A stretch of DNA of 64,000 nt from Centruroides vittatus (Eukaryota). The stretch is from NCBI RefSeq assembly GCF_030686945.1, contig NW_027122708.1, forward strand, positions 5,610,248-5,674,247. The letters are read 5' to 3'. Shown here piece by piece: positions 37,801-52,089 of the stretch (position 1 is the first letter of the stretch; every line of letters begins with the position of its first letter). The notes beneath the pieces are model-generated. The model did no database searches, was not told the DNA's origin, and worked only from the letters and a program-made list of their open reading frames with translations. A program made the position numbers and the translations under genes.

Positions 37801-40800
37801 AAATGCTAAAACTATGGTAATAGAAAAATTGAAACAGATTTGGCCTACACTTATTCCTTATGATAATCATTATTAAAGTTTTTTCTAAGATAGAAGATCG
37901 AAAAAATATCAACTATTCCACCGAAGTCATTATATCAAGTACATAACTGATATATTTCTCCTGAATTCTGCCTATCTTAAGATTGTTCTAATCTGTCAAA
38001 ATCTTGTGTGGTATAATATAATTTCAGAACCTTATATAGCAACTGATATGTTTCAGAATTTTTTACCATTAAATTTCTCTACCTGGCTAAGATTTAATAA
38101 TAAGAAGATAATTCAATAATAATAATTATTATCTTGCAGTTGGTGCTATTCTAGATGTAGGGGTTTTTATCCCCCAAAAATTATAAGTGTCGTTTTATAG
38201 CAAGGCACTAGTGTTACGAAATAGATATAACCTCCGTGCGACAAACAAGATCAACAATGAAATACTAACTAAGCATTTTGTACGTGAAAAAATTATAATT
38301 TGATGATAATTTGTATAATTTAAAAAATTTTTTGTAGTTATGTAATGTGATATAATATATCAAATACATATGTTTGCAGTATTGCAAATATATATCAATG
38401 TTGAACAAATTAGATATTATTATAAGACGTCAATATTTTATAATTATTAAATAACAAAATCAACTATGTTGGTATCAACTGATTCTCCCCCTTGTAACAG
38501 GTATACCCTATTACAATAAACTTTACTTACTACTACTACTTACTCGTGGGATAGCCTTAAATATTTATCACATTTAAAATTAAGACTGATTACCTAATGG
38601 TACAAATAAAATATATATGGATTATTTTTACGAATTTTAATGACTAAGTAATTTTATTTAATTAAATCTATTATATTTATTATTTTTGAAAGCAATTGGC
38701 TTATACAGTAATAAAATTTATATAACTACAGTCTTAATTCTCATTTGGATTTTATTGATTGGCGCATATTTAAAATTTTGCACTAGTTTCATCATATTTA
38801 TTTTTAACCAATATAAAATTTAACTATTGTTTTATTTGACGGTGAGGCCGAGAGAAATATTTTTCTGGAAAATGTATGCCCTTCTTTTTATTCGTTACTT
38901 GAAAAAAATCATAAATATACCTTAGAAATTGTAGTAATTAATTAATTCCGCGGAATTAACGCTATTTATTTAGTTTTTATTACATTTAATTTATAAAGAA
39001 AAGTCAACTTTTAGCCTACTTGAATACGAAATTTTTAAGTTTGTATTTACTGTAATTGATTTCTGTGCATGGAGATTCTTACAACTTCATTCAATTCCAA
39101 ATATTTGGTCGAATGAAAACCATTTTTTACATTTTTATATAATATATTCGATTTTTGAAGTGATTTCTTTCTATGACGTTTTCTGTTTTTAAATAACTGA
39201 AATGCCTGTTATAAAATAGAAGAATAATTTTTCTATGAAATTCTGATATTTTTTTCCGACAACGAAGTAATAAGTGAAAAGACTTTGAAGCATTTACAAA
39301 CTGAAAAAAATACGAAAAGTTAAAGATTAGAAAACAGCTTATTTATTTATTTATTTTTATTTATAATAAACAATCAAATTTATTTTCTATTTTAGAAACC
39401 GAAAATTAAATATTTTAAAAAGCTATATTTTGTTTTTTAAAGTTAATATTCATTTGCTTGTTATTAAAAATAAAAAAAAAGTTTTATTAATAAACTTTCA
39501 TTATTTGTATAACTTTTTTTAAATCTAATTTTAAATATTTAAACTGTATCAAAGTTTGATATCGTTTTTAATAAAGCAGTTTGAATAGATTTACTCTATT
39601 TTGATGTTAAATGTTTCATAGTAATTCTCAAATTCACGTGCAGAATAGTCGAGAAACAGACTATTGTTAACGTCGATTTAATTATATTGATTTATTTGCT
39701 CAAACTTTATGAAAACGCAGAAAAAGAAAGAAAACGGCAGAAACCTTTTTTTTCCTTTATCACAAAGTACACATTTTTACAGAATCGGAAGTTTGCTTTT
39801 TCTTTTTACCGACAGAAAACTGACATTGTTAAGACTTCCGCTCGGAAACAGGAAATGTCGTATGCGGTCGTGTCTCGTTTTACGCATTATCGACGCCATT
39901 TCCTATCAATTTCCAATTGATTTTAGAAATTGTTATGAGATGCAGATATATAAATTTTGGTCTTTCAATAATGCACATACATTTTTATATTTCAATAACA
40001 TATATATAGATTTTCAAACACAAACAAGCATTAGAAATTATTGAGATACTTCCGTGGAATAGACTGATTGAGCTTAAAACAAGTTAATTTGTACCAGTTT
40101 TATGAGAAGGATAAGCAAATAGCATCCAAACATCACTTTACTAAACTCATTTTCCGTCTAAACAACACCAAGGATTACTTTCGTTAAGAGAAAGCGGAAT
40201 TACATTTGTCACAGAAACAAAATAACGTTAATTACATCGTCTAGTCTATGGAAGAACGAATCTCTTCTAATAATAGTCAATGCCCTAATTACGCTATCCT
40301 CATAGCTCTATATCAATAACAGATAACACAATTAACTTTAACTATTGAATACCACGTCCTAACTATATATATAGAACACGTGTTCTAACCCTTTCGTTAA
40401 CGTTAATTAAATAGGCTATTTTAATATCTACTTTGTGAAACTCGAATTAACTTAGGCGTTTCTTAAATATTAACATTGCAACAATTTTAGCGAAAAGTCT
40501 TTTCGTCGACTCGTTTTCAAAACGGAAACTATTTATGAAACTCGTTACAACGTCGAGATGATGCGCAAATTTATAAATTTATCTCGTGCGAAATCCCAAG
40601 AATGATTTTTATATGTTTATATAATGAACTCTCGAGATAAAGTGTTTGCTAAAAACAGAGACTATAAAGTTTTCGAGAGGGTTATAAAGTATTTTTATCC
40701 AGAAATAATTTTAAACTTGTTAACATGTCTTAGAAATTTGCTCAAAATTTCTGCACGTTTTACAATTAAGCCTACAGTTTTTTTTTATTTAATAATTAAT

Positions 40801-42280
40801 ATTCTTTTACCCGATTTACAATTATTCATTTTTGCAACAAAAAATTCGTTTATTATTTTTATTCTCCTCCTTAGCGTATTTCTAAACACCGACACTAGCA
40901 ATTTATAGCTTTAAAAATCACTCGGACAGTTCAAAAATCTATCAGCAAATTTCGGTTTTTTATTTGGTATTTCATTCATTTCAAGCAACGATCCGTTGTA
41001 TAACGTAGTCAAGAAACAAATTTGTCTAAGGTCCTAGCTGTTTAACTAGAGTCTAGTTTACTAGACTCTGCAGAATCCCACAACTTAAGGGGCCTTGGAG
41101 GTCTGAAGATCTCGCGCCGATTTGATATTTTAAAAAATTTCTATTTATATTTTTCAATTGTACAGTTACGCCACCGTAGGACACTATGTTCTAAGGAGAT
41201 CCTCAATTTTTTTAATTTTTTATTTAGGGTCCCGAGATTTACAATGCGCTTCTGTTTATGGGGGTGTTCTTCGAAACAATCGTATAACTTCATTGTGTTT
41301 TATTTGATAAATCTAATATTTAAATTATTTATTGCACTAATCTTATTTAGAACAGACAAATATTCGAGATTAACATTTGAATCTACTCGCATATAAATTT
41401 TCCATTGCAATATTATTCCTCAACTGTCTTTTATAAATAAAATTTATTGGATAATCAGCGACCATTAAAAAATAATTCAGCAATGAATAAGGTTAATTTG
41501 CGCATTAAACTTTATTCAGTTTGAAATATTCAATGATATAAATTAACTTTAAAATTAGTCTTATTATCGTCACGATAAATGCAATTTTTAGCTGCGTAAC
41601 TCGATAATTTAACGAAAATATTTGAAATTTAATACTTGAACGAGTCATGTTTAAATGAGTAAAGTTGTTTGTTTAATGGAGAGAAAAGACTATCTTTAAC
41701 TATTAAAAAATTTCATTTTCGTAACTAAATTTTGTAGATGATAATTATTTTTATTCAAAATAATCAGAAACCAAATTATCATCTACTCAGTTTATAATAA
41801 AATAAGCTATTAGAATAATTAAATTTTTTAGAAAGAAAATTTAACAACTCTAGGAAAAAAACTTGTAATTAGTAACTTCGTGTAATGAGGAGAACGCTGA
41901 AAACATTTTGAAAATGGCGTATGATTGGCAGCCAATCAAACGCCATTTTATTAGTCGCTAACTTAAGATTTTAGCTAAGAATACCGAATTCGATCCAAAA
42001 TATTAGCCACAGGCAAAAACGTAGAATGAATGGGAAAAAACTGGTTTAATTTACTTGAAAAAGTTTGTCAAGTTATCGAATTTTTATACTTAAACTGTGG
42101 TATATTTTAAATAAAATTAAATTCTGCTTCTCTTTATTTAAATCGATCAATGTTAAAATTGGTTTGGAACATTTATTTTATCCATTTTAATATATATAGT
42201 TGCTAATTTATTAAATATTAATGAAAAAAGTAGGAATGTAGTTTGAAAGTTTTGTATTATTTTGATGACCATAAACGTCT

Positions 42281-42412
42281 GGGGGAGGATCCGAGAATTT
42301 TTCACGGACGATCTGTGGAGGTCCCGACCCTCGCCCCCATTGTAAGCGTGAAATAAAAGGCCCTCTTAGTGTCCACAAGGCAGAAACAGGAAAAAATAAA
42401 ATAAAACAGAAT
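42281..42412 (+). mobile_element. Partial family-A SINE copy (body only).
   Basis: gaatttttcacgga...aataaaaggccctcttagtgtccacaagg matches the reverse complement of the 12.2-kb copy (ggaattttttacagga...aataaaaggccctcgagtcca...cttagtggacacaggg). Confidence 0.45.
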
Positions 42413-42599
42413 ACGAATGGACACAATGTATGTCCATATAAAATATCAATGTATAAATAAGCGCTAATTTCAACATTAAAGAAAAAAGTTGGACGGATTT
42501 CCAGGAATCCATAATGATTTGAAATTTATATAGCGAAATGCGTAGTTTAATTCTCTTAACGTGTAAAACCAAAAACTTGTAAAGTAAAATAATAAAAAA

Positions 42600-42965
42600 G
42601 GAGCGACAGGCAAAACGCATTTGCCAATCGAAAGTACAGTACAGTTCGAGTAACACGCGCCCTTTCTTACCGTCAGCGCCCTCTGTCAGGCGATAAGTCA
42701 ACGCGCGCTGTCCACCTCTCCTTTCTTCATCCGAACGTCAATCGTTGTAGCACGTGTTGTCTATGCTGTTGTGACGCAACTGACACCAGGTTTTTTTTTC
42801 TTTTTTGTCTGACGCAAAGCGCCCGTCGGGCTGCCAGTCCGTTGTTAGAAATTCAACTCTTTTTGTTTGTTAGCAAAATGATACAAATTGTAAATTGAAT
42901 CTCCTGTTCCGGCCACGGAATTTATCGAAGACGAGTGATTAACCCGCACAAACTTCTAACACAAG
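42600..42965 (+). promoter_or_regulatory. Putative promoter / 5'UTR region in front of the candidate first exon.
   Basis: A locally GC-rich, CpG-containing tract sits in otherwise AT-rich DNA. An Inr-like ACAGTTC is near 42644. A short uORF (atgatacaaattgtaaattga) lies at ~42887. The tract directly precedes the ATG with the GTGAGT donor. Confidence 0.25.
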
Positions 42966-42975
42966 ATGAATAAGA
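42966..42975 (+). CDS. Candidate first coding exon (ATG AAT AAG A|) with a consensus GTGAGT donor. It is proposed to splice to the GPCR exon at 53550.
   Basis: acaagATGAATAAGA|gtgagtgatg: the donor is at 42976-42981 and leaves 1 nt (phase 1). The GPCR acceptor at 53549/53550 is also phase 1 (A|GC = Ser). This gives [13 protein letters not shown]... with an N-x-S glycosylation site. A GC-rich 5'UTR-like tract lies upstream. Confidence 0.3.
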
Positions 42976-45900
42976 GTGAGTGATGCAGATTTTTTTCCGA
43001 AAAAATTCAAATTTATTCGATATTCGTTTATTTTAAAGAAAATTTCAATATGTGAAATAATTAAGCGCTTCTAAGTTTAATTAGATCTTTTCTCTTGTTC
43101 GATAGTTAAAAATAAAAGCAATTTCAAAATTCATTTTTTTTCCATTTTAGGATGATTATTTTTGTTTTGATTAAAGGGGGAAGAAGTTCTTCGCTGAAGG
43201 GATTGAAGTGTTATTTTTTTAGATAAGTCGAAGTCCTTTCGAAAGAAAAATTATGAAAAATTGAAATGAATTTAGTAGAAAATGTTAGAAAAATTAATTA
43301 AATTTCAATAAGTTTTCAATAAGACAGATTTTTGTCCCAAAATGAGAATAATTTCTATTTATTCAAGAAATGAAATGTATAACCTATCATTTTAAATTAA
43401 TTTCATTCAAATTATTCTGTACTTTATTAATATTTCTTAGTGAATAAATTCAAAAAAAGTAACGAAAAACTTAAACCTCGATAGCCTATATCACATCAAG
43501 GTTTAAGTTTGAAATGTGTTATTTAAAAGCGTATAAAGAATTTTTATATTATATTCCAATAAACTTACACAAGTTTTTCACACGTAAGTGATATTTTTTA
43601 AAATTTTCTTTTTCTATTAATTATTTAAATAAATCTTTCGCTATCCAAAATCAAACGAAACTTCTACAATTGATTAAGAAAAGGCAGCTAATTGTATTTA
43701 AATTTAATATTGTAATTTTCTTTTACAATTTTGCTCTCTCGACTCTTCAGAAATAAATTTACATACGAGCCACGTTCCACTTTTCGATTGAGACATTTAT
43801 GCCAATTATCGGATGTCTTTAATACATTTAAACGTATTTCTACTAACATTTATTAACTAGAGTTTGATAGTAGTATTATTTGATGCCTAATTAGTAATTA
43901 TTAAGTACATTTAGCGATACAAGACTCTCTTAACTTAACTGTTAAAAGACGCTAAACTTGCTAAACTTAAAGTTTATAACTTTTCTAAGCTTAGTAATTA
44001 TAGTAGTAATTTATAATGCAGCTATCATATAGTTTTTACAGTGCAAAATCATAATTCCCCCGATAGAAATTATGATATGATGCATTTTAGATGCGAATTA
44101 AACAATTGTTTGCAAGTATTTACAGCAGTAAGCGTTCGTTTGCATTTTTCTTACACGAAAAGTGATTAATAAAGCAAATTCAAATTATTCGTTATAATTC
44201 GTGTGTAGAAAAGAGCGATAAAAAGATGAAAGCATTACGGTTTTATTATCATAAATAATTGCTTTTTAATTAAAAGAATCACCATTCGTTGAAAACTGAT
44301 AGTAACGCGTTTTTTCCAGTTTTGCACATTGTTTTTTGATATTAAAGAATATTAGCGAAATTTACAATTCTTTATTTTAATTAATTTGTATTTAAATACA
44401 CACATATTTTTCAGATTTATTCAGGAATTAAGTAAAGAATCAGAGGTAAATCTTTTATGGAATAAAATGAAAATATTACTTATTTGCGCAAATTTCCTGA
44501 AAATGAGATAGAACACTTCTCAGTTTCGTGCTCTTCACTTGCAAATTTTGATTTTATCCGAGATCGAAGAAGGTAAATATTTTTATAACTAAAAGTTACT
44601 CGTATATACGGGAACTCTAAACACGCGTGTAACTTTTAGTTGTAAAAACAAATAAATTTTTAAAATGTTTAGCACAAAATAAAGAATAACTTATAATGTT
44701 ACTATGTAGAGAAATCATTAAAACGAACATTTTTAAAACATCGTAAATTCTCAAAACTTTACGTAATAATAAGCGGAAAGTATAAGCTATTCATTTAAAA
44801 AACACCAGCAAGTAGTAGGGCCTATATCGCCGTTTATTTTCGACTACTTCCTATGATACACTTGATATGAAATCATTCTGTAATACTATGTCAAGATTTT
44901 ATTTTTGGCTCCCTCTTTTTTCGAAAAAAGATATATAAAAACTAAATAACCGACCATTTCTATCGAAACTTTCACCAAAAAGTTACGGAATTGCCCCCCA
45001 CAGAGCCAAAATTTGAAAATGGAAATATAATACTGATCATGTTTTGATACTCCCATTTTAGGTTCCCCTTTGCGCCTATGCACCCGTTGAACCTGCCTAG
45101 TTACGGCAGGTTTCAAACGCCATTATCATCTAATAATTAATTATAGTTTATTAAAACGCTGTTAATTGTTTATAATCCGAAATTTATAAATCATTAGTTA
45201 ATGTTACCAGGTTAAGTTCTAGTCTGGAAATGTTTGGTATTGATTTGATAATTAATATCTTATTATTATATTTATAAAACCCCATTTGCAATGCTACAGC
45301 TCGATTTGATTTTAGAAATTTATTTTTTTTATCAGTTTAAGGATTCGTTGTTTGGAGTAGAAATGACTCCGAGGAGGAACAAAGAAGCCAAGCTCGCTCT
45401 TGCTATTTCATATGGTTTATAATAAGGCCAAAAGAAATTTTCCGCGTCTTGCATAGAGGTATAAATTGATTCAAATACGGTTTTAAAAGTAGAGAAACGC
45501 TTAATAAATAAAAATATACAAAAACAAAAGCACTTCCAGTCGATTAGATTTCTTCATTTACATAGATTCGAGAAGTTGAGAACGAAGGAAATTTCAATTT
45601 AAAATCCGAAATGTCTTCAACGATTTACAAAATTCTAGTGCAACGATTGATATTTATTTTGATGAATGAAAAAGTATACAAAAATTAAAGAATTAAGACA
45701 TTTTAATGTTAATGTCTTTAAAAAAAGACATACAAACAGGACGTTAAGAGAGGAAATTACAACGTAGAAATTAAGCGACATTTTAAATTTGTAAATGTAA
45801 TTTTATTGTTATATGAAACGTTAATAAAATTAATAAAAAATAACTTAATATTTTGAAAACATGAAACAAAAGATATTGTTATGTATCTTACGTACAGTAC

Positions 45901-46789
45901 AGTACGTAGAAAAGGCTGTCTAAAGTGTTGCTGGAACCATTCTGCCTGAAAGAACGGCTTTAGTTTATAAGAAATATCCAAATTAATTCTCCAAAAACGT
46001 TTGAAGAGAGCAGAGAAAATGCTTCATTTACAAAATAATTTACATTTAATATAGGCTTAATTGTAGGAAATCAAAAGGCATGGGAAAAGTGAGGAATAAA
46101 TAAAGTAGAAATTCAATGATAATGTAATATTGCTGTAGATAAATAACCTTTTAACTGCAAATATTTCGGAAAATATGCAATTATAAACTTTGGTAAAGAA
46201 TAAAAGTACAAACATCTTGAACGAATTTCGAATCATAATTTGAACAAATCCAATTTGTTCTTGTTTTTGCAAGAATATTTTACCTTCTTCTCGAACAACG
46301 TAACTAATTTATCGCAATATCAACTTTTACACAATACATTATGCAATACAATATTCATATTTAGAGTCGAGGATGCAACTCAAAATATATATTTTCATTG
46401 TTTAATGCTAACTGCGATGTTAAACATAGCTTTTCTTTTCTTTTCCTTATCATTGTTTGCCATTATATTCAAGATAATGTTAATTACAATGTTAAAAGCA
46501 TTACAAAAAGTTTTTAACAATTTAATTAACATTAAAATAATGACTTATTTTTAATTTTTAATTTGCTTTTTGCATTTATTGCTATTACATAGACCAAGAA
46601 ATATTACTTTGACTTTATGAAAACGGCCAGGAAATAGTTCGTTATTCAACATCAATCAATTAGCATAGAGCAGGAAAATCTACGGTAACATACGATTTTG
46701 TTTATATTTTTACCGAATAAATAATTATCTCGATTTCAGTTTTACTCTCCATGCTGTTACTTAAATAACACGGTAAAGTATTGGAATCG

Positions 46790-47100
46790 TGTCAAATTTG
46801 ATTCTCCGGGTTTTATGCAAACCTCCACGTTTTGAGACCCCCTGAACCCAAAAATGGAGTAAAATTCCGCGGATGTGTGTGTGTGTGTGTTTTTTTTTCA
46901 ATATCTCACAGTTAAGAAACAAAATTTGGCATAGTAATTTGTATATAAGGGACATTAATACTCCTAATTTTGGAGTACGGAACTCGAGGGGATGGAAACA
47001 GAGTGGAGTCGAACTTAATGAAAATTTTACTTGTTATTGGCATTTAGAATATTTTTAAAACTCGAGACGAGTTTTGAGGGTAGAGACTACCCTCAAAATT
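46790..47100. repeat. Family-D repeat copy. It contains (GT)8-T9 and two adjacent AGA-loop hairpins.
   Basis: It shares ...aatgaaaattttacttgttattggcatttag with 52250-52285 and the ttttgagacc block with 33.7 kb. The hairpins aaaactcg-aga-cgagtttt and ttttgagggtag-aga-ctaccctcaaaa lie at 47056-47098. Confidence 0.45.
46875..46899. repeat. (GT)8 followed by a T9 homopolymer.
   Basis: gtgtgtgtgtgtgtgttttttttt sits inside the family-D repeat. Confidence 0.9.
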
Positions 47101-48786
47101 AAACTTTTTTAAAATAATAATTAATAACATAAAAGTTATTTTTTAATATAATCTCATAACAGATAGCGCTACACACCATTTTAACTTTGTACTAATGTGT
47201 CTTAGTGTTTCTTAAACATAAATATTTTTCGTCGGGAAAGTTATATTAACTCGTTACTGGATCTTTTAGTTATAGTTTTATGTTTAACTCAATATATTAT
47301 TTATTATCATTTTCTTAATCGGCTGTTTTTTAATTTATAAACTATGTTTACTTCATTTCTTTAAAAATAATTATTTTAATTCTAAAACTTGGACAAGACT
47401 AAATTATTTGAAAGATAATTATGCCTAGTAAGCCTATATGGCACAAAAGCTCAAAAAGGTTTGCCCTTTGAGCCTGCGTGTCCTTGAGCAAGATTTTTTC
47501 ATAACGTAGTCTATTCATTTGTTACGTATGCTATAACAAACGAATAGACTGCGTTGTGTATATAGGAATGTAGGATAACACAATACAGTAGACTAAGCGG
47601 GAACAAAATAAATATTTGCTTTTTCTGGATTTGTTTTTTATTTGTTTAAACGCGAAGCTCCCAAAATTCTCAGCCTGGTAGAGAGGCAATTATTCTTCTC
47701 GAGCTATATTAGTGATATGTAAATACTAAGAGTTTTGTATCACTAAATAAGACAAGTGTTAGTCGAATGTAACAATAATTTTTTGTTTTTTAAATATTCA
47801 ACTATTTTTCTTACATCGAGAATTTTATTAATGTATTAAATCGTGTATCAGTGAATGTTATAATTAGTTGCTTTTCCTTCATTGTGCGATGAAAGTTTTC
47901 TTTTTCTCTCTCATAACACGGAAAGTTCAAAGAAAATTTTTATTTATATTTCCTTTTTGAATTATCTCGTGCCAATATATTGCACTTCCTGTACCTAAGT
48001 CTAAATATTAAATAAAACTATATTGAATTTTTCTTTCTAGAAACCTCTCATCTATTGATAAATTTCCTTTTAACAATTATCCGTACATACACAATTCTAA
48101 TAATGTACGTAAGTTTGTTCTGGAATAAGCTTTATGAACGAGAATACAAATAAAATTTTCAAAATATACTTTTAACCATTGAAGGAAAAACATAAAATTC
48201 TGATAATGTATAACTTTTCTTTTGATATATCGCTCTGACCCCATCAAGTGAAAAATTAGGTCTTACACTTTAATAAAACATGGAGTAATCTCTGTTATCA
48301 TTTTACAGAATTTTAAAGTTATAAGAGAAAAAAAACCGATAAAATATATATTTTTATTTTATATAACTTATTATTAATTGAAAGGGAAATTTTCCAAAAT
48401 GATTTTGAAATCAGTTTTTAGAACTGACCACAATAAATTTTTTAATTAATTATTATAAAAATATTTGCTAGATTAAAACGTATTAATAAAGTATAATATT
48501 TTACTTTATTTTTATTATAATTATTAATTTTTAAAAATCAAATTAAACAAAAAAAAAATACAAATAAATTTTAATATATTTTAAAAAACTAAAAAAAAAT
48601 TTCTTAGTCATATTTTACGAGATTGGGGAGGAGAATGGTGGGGTGGCCTCACCCACAACGTACTGTACACTCGTACACCATTACAGTGCATTTACACATA
48701 TCTTGATTAAATTCTGCATTTGGTTATGTTTATCGAGTTTCGAGTGGGAGAATGGAGGTGAAGCCAACCCTAGCAAACATTAAAGT

Positions 48787-49024
48787 TTGTTTGTTTGTTT
48801 AGTTAAGTTATGGCAACGCAACACTTGGACGATCTGCCTAGAGTAAATGCCTTCCGACAGGTCTTTTTAAGGTTAACTGGCCCCTATTCAGGCGTTACAG
48901 ACGCGAAGAAAACCCGGAAAACGCCACGTGGCCTGAAAACTCCAGACTGTCCTGGCGAGGCGCGAACCCATGACGGAACTCCCAGTGTTTAGGGAACGGA
49001 ACCGCTTGGCCACAGGTGGGCCGT
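48787..49024 (-). mobile_element. tRNA-derived SINE (family B) flanked by perfect 12-bp target-site duplications.
   Basis: The minus-strand reading begins with a tRNA-like head GGCCCACCTGTGGCCAAGCGGTT...GGGTTCGCGCC (A- and B-box-like). It ends in a (CAAA)n tail, seen as ttgtttgtttgttt on the plus strand. The direct repeat aaacattaaagt occurs at 48775-48786 and again at 49025-49036, immediately flanking the element. Confidence 0.8.
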
Positions 49025-49140
49025 AAACATTAAAGTGCATTGTCATCAGACTTATGTCCTAAAAGTTTTGGCCTTCTATCTTAATTAGCAGTAGTTGAAA
49101 TTTGAGTTGCAAGAATTGAGAACACGATATAAAGCGAATT

Positions 49141-49141
49141 A

Positions 49142-49169
<28 letters not shown>
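49141..49169. repeat. (AAT)9-10 microsatellite.
   Basis: aataataataataataataataataataa, read directly from the sequence. Confidence 0.95.
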
Positions 49170-49172
<3 letters not shown>

Positions 49173-52089
49173 CATTGCAGCCTCTTTAAAATGATGAAGA
49201 TATTCTTCATTTTAAAATGAGAAAATAGATTTTCACACATTTACAATAATATATACAGTATATATAGTAATATAGTAGTAATAATATTTTCACACAGATT
49301 AAACACACATTTACAGCAACGCGAACGCGTAACTTCTTTAATTATGCCATTTATATGCATATCTATATTTAGTTTGAAAATGTTTATTGGTTTCTTCGTC
49401 GATAGATTTATATCATTATAATTGAGTTATCTAAATACAGTTAATGGCTTTCGTTTATCCGCATCTATCCAATCACTTTACGTTAGTCAAAATAGAAAAG
49501 ATTAAAATGCTTATTTTTTATCATCCATTTATTATATTGAAATAAAATATCGTCCATTTAATTAATCTTTAAGGATAATCTGGATAAAATTTTCATTTAC
49601 AAAATGGAAAAGTGTGTCCGGAATGAAACTGAATTTTTAATTACAGATTTAAAAGCCATCGATGATTGTTAAAAATCGAATTAGCGGATCTAATCTGGCA
49701 ATTTTTGGAAGGTGAGTAAAATTCAAAACAGCAAACACACGCCATTTACAAAGTTTATTTCGGACAGAAATGTAACGGGGCAGGAAATTGGGTGACGTCA
49801 CAAGCGCTCTTGGTAATTATATCGCCTCTATAAATGTAAGCAACTTAGCAAAATTCGGCCAATCAGAAATATGATTGGATAGATTCAATACGAAAATCGG
49901 CATTATTAATTAAATTAAAACAAGTGCCTAATACATTTTTAATTGTCTTAAATCACTGAACAGATAGTAGCAAATTATTTAATTAGAAAGCTATATGTAA
50001 TCGTTATATATATTTTGCTCACCGTTCTTTAATAAAAAATAAATATAGTAATAATCAAATTTTTTGATTACCTGTTTTTATTCTAATGACAAAGATCATA
50101 AAAAGTAAAATGTTGGGCATATTTATAAGTATTGTATTATCATATGCATTATATACTGTATATGGTACATATAATACAGATTATAGATATGATAACACAA
50201 AAAAACCTGTAAACTATCAAAATGATTATCAAATTTTCTTGTTACCTTATAAATATGTAATGTAATAAACACGTATTTTTTATTCCGAGTAAAGGAATAG
50301 TCTATTTCCATAAAATTCCATAGTTTATGCATCAATAACTTTTATAAAATATTGTAGCTTAACAGTTATACAGTCCTAAAAACTTCGCTAAAATCAGAAG
50401 TAACATGCAAAAACCTGTGCAGATAAATACAATAGAAATTATATTACATAAAAAAATAAAAGATTAAAGAGGATTGTGACTACTCTGATGCACGGATTTT
50501 AATTTAATTAAATAACATCAAACAGAATTTAAAGTCAGGCAAATAAATTTCTAAGAAGAAAAAATAAATCTAGTTCTTCAAAGCACTAATCTTTGGAGGC
50601 AGAATTTAGAATTTTGTTAATTTTAAACAGAAAAAACAAAAGGAAGATTATATGCTCTTTTCCACGTTAATGACGGAGTCTAGAATCTATTTTTCCTCTA
50701 TTGAAAATTTGATAATCATTTTGATAGTTTACGGGGAGTTTTTTTATTTCGATTAATATTAGGCGTCTTGAATTTATTTAACTTAACAGAAGAATATGAA
50801 TGTAACATATTACTGATGGCTGTAATGAAGATGAAAGCCAGACACATAATGCACCTTCTTTAGATAAATAACAAAAGATACACAGAAAACTTGACCGCAA
50901 AGACAGCAAATGATCTAAACGCAAAACCCCTCAAAATATTCTGTTAAATTTGTGTTTTTCCCCCTAGTATAAACAAACTGTGTAGTTTTATGCGTATTTG
51001 TTTACTAAAGTACTTGTGTTTCTAAAAATGAAAACATACTTATACTTGAAGAATTAGTTGAAATACCAAATACTACAATACCATTGTAGTGTACTAGTAT
51101 AAAATACTATTAAAAATAATGGCATTTCATTACTTTGTTAGTATTGTGATCTTTTGGGTCATACAAAATATCATCGAAACAGATACGCACTAATTTATCT
51201 CATATTAAATCAGCCATGTTGAAATGATGTGGAAAAGCTATAGGCTTACTTTACATACATTTTTTTAAATAGAAAAAATTCGTTAAATTTTTATTTTTCG
51301 ATGAAACTATTAATAAATAATCATTTTTTATTAAGAATAAAGAGTTTTGCAATTTTGTATTTATACATAGATAAGAAGATATTAACTAAAAAAAAACTAT
51401 ATATAAAACGAAATTTATCTCAAACGAATTTCATTTTTGAAAAGATGTCTTAGAAATACTAATTTTTAGATATATAATTATGTATATGAACTTATGCATA
51501 TAAATAAATGTATATAAACAAGTCATTTGTCGTAGATTTATACATTGATGACTCCCTCATTTCATCATGATGACGAAATCTTCAATAGTAAATCTCGGAT
51601 CTCCTTTTTAATAGAATGAAATATATTTTGTTTCATATTTGTATTTATATTTTTGTTCGTTATTGTTATAATTATTCCACTCAAATAATTCCTATAACAA
51701 CGTCTAAAAAAATATATTTTCTATATCATTATCAATATTTATAATTGAAAATAAGATTTTTGAATTAACCAGAAAAGCTTTAATTAAAAGATCTCCGTGG
51801 ACCATTCAAAATTTTGTTTTTGAATAAAATACTGTGGCATGCCCTGAAATAACCTATCTTTTAGATGGGTCATTTCTATTATATCTATCATCATAGAGAT
51901 TTATATTTTAGTATTTATTATTAATTTTATTACTTCCTTTTACCTTCTCGGCTGTTAAAACAACAGAAGGAAAATATTGTAATCGGTTAAATTTTGACTC
52001 TTTGAATTTTTTGCATTTCTCGAATGTCTTAAGGTCTCCCGATTAAAAAAAAACGGAATTCTGTATGTGTCGGCTTGTATTTTGCTCTA

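Noticed and set aside
36729-39700. Search for an ORF2 (reverse transcriptase / endonuclease) downstream of the ORF1 gene.
   Set aside because: No ORF longer than 111 aa and no RT motifs (FADD/YXDD-like) occur in any frame for 2 kb downstream, or anywhere else in the window. The element is ORF1-only here.
48810-48992. 60-aa ORF (MATQHLDDLPRVNAF...) on the plus strand.
   Set aside because: It lies entirely within the reverse complement of a TSD-flanked SINE. It is open only because the SINE body is GC-rich.
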